Part shown: positions 55,859-64,000 of the stretch, one piece after another | How positions within the stretch are numbered: the stretch's first letter is position 1 | How the letters are laid out: every line of letters begins with the position of its first letter | NCBI RefSeq assembly: GCF_009914755.1 | Contig: NC_060929.1 | From: the human T2T-CHM13v2.0 reference genome, Homo sapiens | DNA: 64,000 nucleotides | Reading direction: 5' to 3' (one strand) | Position numbers and translations under genes: made by a program | The notes under the pieces: generated by a model | Seen by the model: the letters and a program-made list of their open reading frames with translations, nothing else | What the model was told of the DNA's origin: nothing | The model's database searches: none

Positions 55859-56863
55859 TACTGGGGGAACCCACCCCCAATATTTCAACGTAGGTTCTAT
55901 TTTCCATAAGTGTCGGCCGGTTGAGAAATAAAGAGAAAGAGTACAAAGAGAGGAATTTTACAGCTAGGCCTCTGGGGGTGACATCACATATCGGTAGGAC
56001 CGTGATGTCCACCTGAGCTGCAAAACCAGCAAGTTTTTATTAAGGATTTCAAAAGGGGAGGGGGTGTAAGAACACGAGTAGGTCACAAAGATCACATGCT
56101 TCAAAGGGCAAAAAGGGGAACAAAGATCACAAGGCAAAGAGCAAAAGCAGAATTACTGATAAGGGTCTATGTTCAGTGGTGCACGTATTGTCTTGATAAA
56201 CATCTTAAACAACAGAAAACAGGGTTCAAGAGCAGAGAACCGGTCTGACCTCAAATTTACCAGGTGGGGTTTTTTTCCCCACCCTAATAAGCCTGAGGGT
56301 ACTGCAGGAGACCAGGGCATATTTCAGTCCTTATCTCAACTGCCTAAGACAGAGACTCCCAGAGCGGCCATTTATAGACCTCCCCCCAGGAATGCATTCC
56401 TTCCCCAGGGTATTATTAATATTCCTTGCTAGAAAAAGAATTTAGTGATATCTTCCCTACTTGCACGTCTGTTTATAGGCTCTCTGCAAGAAGAAAAATA
56501 TGGCTCTATTTTGCCCAACCCCACAGGCAGTCAGACCTTATGGTTGTCTTCCCTTGTTCCCTAGAATCACTGTTATTCTGTTATTCTGTTCTTTTTCAAG
56601 GTGCACTGATTTCATATTGTTCAAACACACATGTTTTACAATCAATTTATACAGTTAACACAATTATCATAGTGGCCTTGAGGTGATGTACATGCTCAGC
56701 TTACGAAGAAAACAGGATTAAGAGATTAAAGTAAGACAGGCATAAGAAATTATGAAAGTATTATTTGGGAACTGGTAAATGTCTGTGAAATCTTCACAAT
56801 TTATGTTCCTCTGCCACAGCTCCAGCCGGTCCCTCCATTTGGGGTCCCTGACTTCCCGCATCA
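55859..56863 (-). mobile_element. MER11 solo LTR (HERV-K11/HML-8) inserted in L1 ORF2
   Basis: The minus strand starts TGATGCGGGAAGTCAGGGACCCC; 1005 bp; perfect 6-bp TSD GATAAG at 55853-55858 and 56864-56869, typical of HERV-K. Confidence 0.92.
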
Positions 56864-59800
56864 GATAAGCTGATGTGCTGCTGGATTTGGTGTGCCAGTA
56901 TTTTATTGAGGATTTTCTCATCGATGTTCATCAGGGATATTGGCCTAAGATTTTCTTTTTTTTGTTGTGTCACTGCCAGGTTTTGGTATCAGGATGATGC
57001 TGGACTCACAAAATGAGTTATGGAGGTTTCCCCTTTTGTATAGTTTGGAATAGTTTCTGAAGGAATGGTACCAGCTCCTCTTTGCACCTCTGGTAGAATT
57101 TGGCTGTGAATATGTCTGGTCCTGGACTTTTTTAGGTTGGTAGGCTATTAATTACTGCCTGAATTTCAGAACCTGTTATTGGTATATTCAGGGATTTGAC
57201 TTCTTCCTGGTTTAGACTTGGAAGGGTGTATGTGTCCAGGAATTTATCCATTTCTTCTAGATTTTCTAGTTTATTTGTGTAGAGGTGTTTATAATATTCT
57301 CTGATGGTAGTTTGTATTTCTGTAAGATTGGTGGTGATATGTCCTACATCATTTTTTAATGTATCTATTTGATTCTTCTCTCTTTTCTTTTTTATTAGTC
57401 TAGTAATGGTCTATGTATTTTGTTGATCTTTTCAAAACAACCAGCTCCTGCATTCATTGATTTTTTGAAGGGTTTTTCATGTCTCTATCTCCTTCAGTTC
57501 TTCTCTGATCTTAGTTATTTCTTGTCTTCTGCTAGCTTTTGAATTTGTTTGCTGTTGCTTCTCTAGTTCTTTTAATTGTGATATTAGGGTGGTGATATTA
57601 GATATTTCCTGCTTTCTCTTGTGGGCATTTAGTACTATAAATTTCCCTCTACACTCTGCTTTAAATGTGTCCCAGAGATTCTGGTATGTTTTGTCTTTGT
57701 TCTCATTGGTTTCAAAGAAAATCTTTATTTCTATCTTCATTTCATTATTTACCCAGTAGTCTTTCAGGAGCAGGTTGTTCAGTTTCCATGCAGTTGTGCA
57801 GTTTTGAGTGAGTTCCTCAATCCTGAGTTCTAATTTGATTGCACTGTGGTCTGAGAGACTGTTTGTTATGATTTCCATTCTTTTGCATTTGCTGAGGGTG
57901 TTTTACTTCCAACTATGCGGTCAATTTTAGAATAAGTGCAATGACGTGCTGAGAAGAATGTATATTCTTTTGATTTGGGGTGGAAGTTCTGTAGATGTCT
58001 ATTAGGTCTGCTTGGTCAAGAGCTGATTACAAGTCCTGAATATCGTTGTTAATTTTCTGTCTTGTTGATTTGTCTAATATTGACAGTGAGGTGTTAAATT
58101 CTCCCACTATTATTGTGTGGGAGTATAAGTCTCTTTGTAGGTCTTTAAGAACTTGCTTTATGAATCTGGGTGCTCCTGTACTGGGTGCATATGTATTTAG
58201 GACAGTTAGCTCTTCTTGCTGCATTGATCCTTTTACCATTATGTAATGCCCTTCTTTTCCTCTTTTGATCTTTGTTGGTTTAAAGTCCATTTTATCAGAG
58301 ATTAGGATTGCAACCCTTGTTTTTTCTTGTTTGTTTGCTTTTTGTTGTTGTTGTTTTCCATTTGCTTGGTAAACATTCCTCCATCCCTTTATTTTGTGCC
58401 TATCTGTGTCTTTGCATGTGAGATGGGTCTCCTGAATGCAGCACACTGACAGATCTTAACTCTTTATCCAATTTGCCAATCTATGTCTTTTAATTGGGGC
58501 ATTTAGCCCATTTACCTTTAAGATTAATATTGTTATGTGTGAATTTGATCCTGTCATTATGATGCTAGCAGGTCATTTTGCCCACTAGTTGATGCAGTTG
58601 CTTCACATTATCGATGGTATTTACAATTTGGTATGTTTTTGCAGTGGCTGGTACCAGTTGTTCCTTTCCATATTTAGTGCTTCCTTCAGGAACTCTTATA
58701 AGGCAGGCCTGGTGGTGACAAAATCTCTCAACATTTGCTTGTCTGTAAAGGATTTTATTTCTCCTTCACTTATGAAGCTTAGTTTCACTGGACGTGAAAT
58801 TCTGGGTTGAAAATTCTTTTCTTTAAGAATGTTGAGTATTGGTCCCCACTCTCTTCTGGCTTGTAGGGTTTCTGCAGAGAGATCCACTGTTAGTCTTATG
58901 GGCTTCCCTTTGTGGGTAAGCCAACCTTTCTCTCTGGCTGTCCTTAACATTTTTTCCTCCATTTCAACCTTGGTGAATCTGACGATTGTGTGTCTTGAGG
59001 TTGCTCTTCTCAAGGAATATCTTAGTGATGTTCTCTGTATTTCCTGAATTTTAATGTTGGCCTGTCTTGCTAGGTTGGGGAAAGTCTCCTGAGTAATATC
59101 CTAAAGAGTGTTTTCCAACTTGGTTTCATTCTTCCCATCACTTTCAGGTACACCAATCAAATGTAGATTTGGTCTTTTCACATAGTCCCATATTTCTTGG
59201 AGGCTTTGTTCACTTCTTTTCACTCTTTTTTTCTCTAATCTTGTCTTCTTGCTTTATTTCATCAAGTTGATCTTCAATCACCGATATCCTTCCTTCTGCT
59301 TGATCAATTCGGCTACTGAAGCTTGTGTATGCTTTACAAAGTTCTTGTGCTGTGTTTTTCAGTTCTATCAGGTCATTTATGTTCTTCTCTACACTGGTTA
59401 TTCTAGTTCACAATTCACCTAACCTTTTTTCAAGGTTCTTAGCTTCCTTACGTTGGGTTAAAACACACTCCTTTAGCTCACAGGAGTTTGTTATTACCCA
59501 CCTTCTGAAGCCTACTTCAATCAAGCCATCAAACTCATTCTCTGACCAGTTTTGTTCCCTTGATGGCAAGGAGTTGTGATCTTTTGGAGAAGAGGCATTC
59601 TGGTTTTGGGAATTTTCAGCCTTTCTGCACTGGTTTCTCCACCTCTTTGTGGTTTTATCTACCTTTGGTTTTTGATGTTCATCACCTACAAATGAGGTTT
59701 TGGTGTGGACGTCTTTTTTGTTGATGTTGGTGCTATTCCTTTCTGTTTGTTAGTTTTCCTTCTAACAGTTATGTCCCTCAGCTTCAGGTCTATTGGAATT

Positions 59801-62800
59801 TGCTGGAGGTCCACTCCAGACTCTGTTTGCCTAGGTATCACCAGTGGAGGCTGCAGATCAGCAAATATTGCTGCCTGATCCTTCCTCTGGAAGCTTCTTC
59901 CCAGAGGGGCACCTGCCAGATGCCAGCCAGAGCTCTCCTGTATGAGGTGTCTGTCGGCCCCTACTGGGAGGTGTCTCCCCGTCAGGCTACACGGGGGTCA
60001 GGGACCCACTTGAGGAGGCATTCTATCTGTTATCAGAACTCGAATGCTGTGCTAGGAGAACCACTGCTCTCTTCAGAGCTGTCAGGCAGGGATGTTTATG
60101 TCTGCTGAAGCTGTGCTCACCGCTGCCCCTTGCCCCAGGTACTCTGTCCCAGGGAGATGGGGGTTTTATCTATAAGTCCCTGACTGGGGCTGCTGCCTTT
60201 TGTTCAGAGATGCCCTGCCCACAGGGGTGGAATCTAGAGAGGCAGTTGGCCTTGCTGAGCTGCGGTGGGCTCCACCCAGTTTGAAGTTTCTGGTGGCTTT
60301 GTTTACATTGTGAGCATAAAACTGCCTACTCAAGCCTCAGCAATGGTGGACACCCCCCCGCCAAGCTCCAGCATCCCAGGTCAATCTCAGACTGCTGCAC
60401 TAGCAGCAAGATTTTCAAGCCAGTGGATCTTAGCTTGCTGGGCTCTGTGGGCATGGGACCCGCTGAGCCAGGCACTGGAGGAAATCTCTTGGTCTGCCGG
60501 TTGTGAAGGCCATGGGAAAAGTGCAGTATCCGGGCAGGAGTGTACTGTTCCTCCCAGTACAGTCTCTCATAGCTTTCCTTGGCTAGGAGAGGGAAATCCC
60601 CTGACCCCTTGTGCTTTCCAGGTAAGGTGATGCACTGCCCAGCTTTGGCTCACCATCTTTGGGCTGCACCAACTGTCCAACCAGTCCCAATGAGATGAAC
60701 CAGTTATCTCAGTTGGAAATGCAGAAATCACCCGTCTTCTACATAGATCTCACTGGGAACTGCAGACTGGAGCTGTTCCTATTCGGCCATCTTCTATGTT
60801 CTTCTTTAAAGTGGTTATTCTAGTTAACAATTTGTCCAACCTTTTTTCAAGGTTCTTAGCTTCCTTGCATTGGGTTAGAACATGCTCCTTTAGCTTGGAT
60901 GAGTTTGTTATTACCCACCTTCTGAAGCCTACTTCTGTCAATTCGTCAAACTCATTCTCCGACCAGTTTTATTCCCTTGCTGTCAAGGAGTTGTGGTCCT
61001 TGGGAGGAGAAGAGGCGTTCTGGTTTTCACAATTTTCAGGCTGTTTGCCCATCTTTGTGGATTTATCTACCTTTGGTCTTTGATGTTGGTGACCTTCAGA
61101 TGGGGTCTTTGAGTGGATGTGCTATTCCTTTCTCTTAGTTTTCCTTCTAACAGTCAGGTCCCTCTGCTGCAGGTCTGCTGGAGTTTGCTGGAGGTCCATT
61201 CCCGACCCTGTTTGCCTGGGTATCACCAGCGGAGGCTGCAGAACAACAAAGATTGCTGCCTGTTCTTTCCTCTGGAAGCTTTGTTCCAGAGGGGCACCTG
61301 CTAGATGCCAGCCAGGGCTCTCCTGTATGAGGTGTCTGTCGGCCCCTACTGGGAGGTGTTGCCCAGTCAGGGTGACATGGGGATCAAGGGCCCACTTGAG
61401 GAGGCAGTTTAACCTTTAGCAGAGCTTGAACGCTGTGCTGGGAGGTCCACTGCTCTCTTCAGAGCCATCAGGCAGGAAAGTTTAAGTCTCCTGAAGCTGT
61501 GCCCACAGCTGCCCCTTCCCCCAGGTGCTCTGTCCCAGGTAGATGGGGGTTTTATCTATAAGTCCCTGACTGCGGCTGCTGCCTTTTTTTCAGAGATGCC
61601 CTGCCCAGAGATGAGAAATCTGACACTCTGGCTACAGCAGCAGCCTTGCTGAGCTGCTGTGGGCTTGCCCAGTTCGAACTTCCTGGTGACTTTGGTTACA
61701 CCGTGAGAGTAAAACTGCCTATTTAAGCCTCAGCAATGGTAGATGCCCCTCCCCCCACCAAGCTCAAGCATCCCAGGTGGATCTCAGACTGTTGCTGGCA
61801 GCGAGAATTACAAGTCAGTGGATCTTAGTTTGCTGGGCTCCATGGGGGTGGAACCGGCTGAGCCGGACCACTTGGCTCCCTGGCTTCAGCACCCCTTTCT
61901 CGGGGAGTGAATGATTCTGTCTCGCTGGTGTTCCAGGTGCCACTGGGGTATGGAGAAAAAAAAAAAAAACCTCCTGCAGCTAGTTCCGTATCTGCCCAAA
62001 CGGCCGCCAAGTTTTGTGCTTGAAACCCAGGGCCCTGGTGGGGTAGGCACCACAGGGAATTTCCTGGTCTGTGGGTTGTGAAGACCATGGAACAAGTGCA
62101 GTATCTGGGCCAGAGTCCCCGGTTCCTCAGGCTCAGCCCCTCAAGGCTTCCCTTGGGTAAGGGAGAAAATTCCCCAACCCCTTACGCTTCCCAGGTGAGG
62201 CGATGCCCTACTTTCCTTTGGCTTACCCTCCATGGGCTGCACCACTGTCCAACCAGTCCCAATGAGATGAACCAGGTACCTCCGTTGGAAATGCAGAACT
62301 CACCCACCTTATGTGTGGATCTCGCTGGGAGCTGCAGACTGGAGCTGTTCCTATTCGGCCATCTTGATCAGCTTCAGGCAATGATCTTATTGCAACAAAT
62401 TCCCCAGGTGTTCTTTGAGCTTCTTGTATTTGGATGTCTAGATCTCTAGCAGGGCTGGAGAAGTTTTCCTCAATTATTCCCTCAAATATGTCTTCGAAAC
62501 TTTTAGATTTCTCTTCTTCCTCAGGAACACCAATTATTCTTAGGTTTGGATGTTTAGCATAGTCCCAAATTTCTTGGAGGCTTTGTTCATTTAAAAAAAA
62601 TTCTTGTTTGTTTGTCTTTGACAGATTGGGTTAATTTGAAAGTCTTGTCTTCGAGCTCTGAAGTTCTTTCTTCTGCTTGTTCGACTTTATTGCAGAGATT
62701 TTCCAGTGCATTTTGCATTTCTCTAAGTGTGTCTTTGATTTCCAGAAGTTGTGATTGTTTTTTATTTAGGCTTTCTATTTCACTGAAGAATTTTCCTTTC

Positions 62801-63617
62801 ATATTCTGTATCATGTTTTTGATTTCTTTAACCTGGACTTCACCTTTCTCTGGTGCCTCCATGATTAGCTTAATAATTGACCTTCTGAATACTTTTTCTG
62901 GCAATTCAGAGATTTTTGTCTTGTTTGGATCCATTCCTGGTGAGCTGGTATGATCTTTTGAGGGTGTTAAAGAACCTTGTGTTGTCATATTACCAGAATT
63001 GTTTTTCTAGTTCCTTCTCATTTTGGTAGACTATGTCAGAGGGAAGATCTGGGGTTCCAGGGCGGCTGTTCAGATTCTTTTGTCCCATAGGGTGCTCCCT
63101 TGATGTGGTGTTCTCCCCCTTCCCCTTGGAATGGGGCATCCTGAGAGCCCAACTGTAGTGATTGTTTTTGTTTTTCTGGCTCTAGCCACCCAGTAGAGCT
63201 ACTGTGCTCTGGGCTGGTACTGAGGAGTGTCTGCAGAGTCCTGTGATGTGATCCCTCTTCAGGTCTTGCAGCGGTGGACTCCAGCATTTGCTCTGGTGGA
63301 GGTAGCAGGGGAGTGAAGTGGACTCTGTGAGGCTCCTTGGTTGTGTTTTTGTTTAGAGGGCTGGTGTTGTGTTGGTTGGCCTCCAGCCAGGAGGTGGCAC
63401 TTTCAAGAGTGTATCAGCTGCACTTAGTTTTTTGGCATCTCAGGGAGCCTGCAGCAGCGATCCACTTCCTTCAAAGGGTCTGTAGATTCACTCAGCTTTC
63501 CTGGTATGTTCCTGTGGTAGTTCTTGGAGCAAAAGTTTACACTGTGAGTCTCCACATGCTGATCTATCCATCTGAGTGGGAGCTGCAAGCTAGTCCTACT
63601 TCCTACCCACCATATTC

Positions 63618-64000
63618 CAGATTAAATGCTTAAAAAGCAAGTCACAGCTATATGCTGTGTAAGAAACCCACTTTAAACATAAAGATGTAGATATATTAAA
63701 AACTAAAAAAAGAAAAGCTATATGATGCCAACACTATCCACAAGAAAGCGGGAGTAGTTATATAACATCAGGCAAAATGGACTTCAGAAAAAGGAACATT
63801 ATTGAGGATAAAGGGAACATTACGTAATGATAAAGGGGTCAGTTCTCTGAACAGACATAACAATCTGAAATATGTGTGCACCTAATAACAAATCTTCAAA
63901 GTACATGAAAGAAAAATAATGGAACTTTAAGGGGAAATAAGAAATAATTGTAACTATAGTGGAAGACTTTAACACTCCCCTCTCAGGAATTGACAAAACA
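63618..64000 (+). mobile_element. Continuation of the older L1M host (ORF2 endonuclease region)
   Basis: 'tatatgctg..aagaaacccacttt', 'aatgataaaggggtcagtt' and 'ggaagactttaacactcccctctcag' are endonuclease-domain motifs collinear with 48200-48300. Confidence 0.8.

Larger units (their letters stand above)
53500..62375 (-). mobile_element. Full-length L1PA7/8-type element with two tandem 5' ends, nested in L1PB ORF1
   Basis: Perfect 13-bp TSD AGGCAATGATCTT at 53487-53499 and 62376-62388. Contains the 3' UTR, ORF2, ORF1 and two 5' UTRs. Confidence 0.93.

Noticed and set aside
53500-62375. Potentially active full-length L1
   Set aside because: ORF1 and ORF2 are broken by many stops and frameshifts, and ORF2 is interrupted by the MER11 LTR.

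Overview
Primate, very probably human, genomic DNA that is AT-rich, CpG-poor and dense in Alu, L1, MIR/L2 and LTR elements. It holds one complete protein-coding gene on the + strand. Three exons (4968-5132, 17155-17382, 21661-21840) joined by GT-AG phase-0 introns give a 190-aa protein with a C-terminal transmembrane helix, which I recognise as MINAR2 (KIAA1024L). The right half of the window is almost all retroelements, including a four-level nest (old L1M > full-length L1PB-type > full-length L1PA7/8-type > MER11 solo LTR) with target-site duplications (TSDs) still readable. The most unusual structure is in MINAR2 intron 2: an ~830-bp insertion that looks like an L1 3' transduction. It carries an antisense POTE/ANKRD26-family exon with both splice sites, its own AATAAA and a second poly(A) tail. 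Other oddities are an L1 with two different 5' UTRs in tandem inside one TSD pair, a templated ~110-bp copy inside an AT-rich fold-back microsatellite, and an Alu inserted between the gene's two poly(A) signals. Repeat subfamily names come from recalled consensus motifs, not from a search. There are no prokaryotic features.
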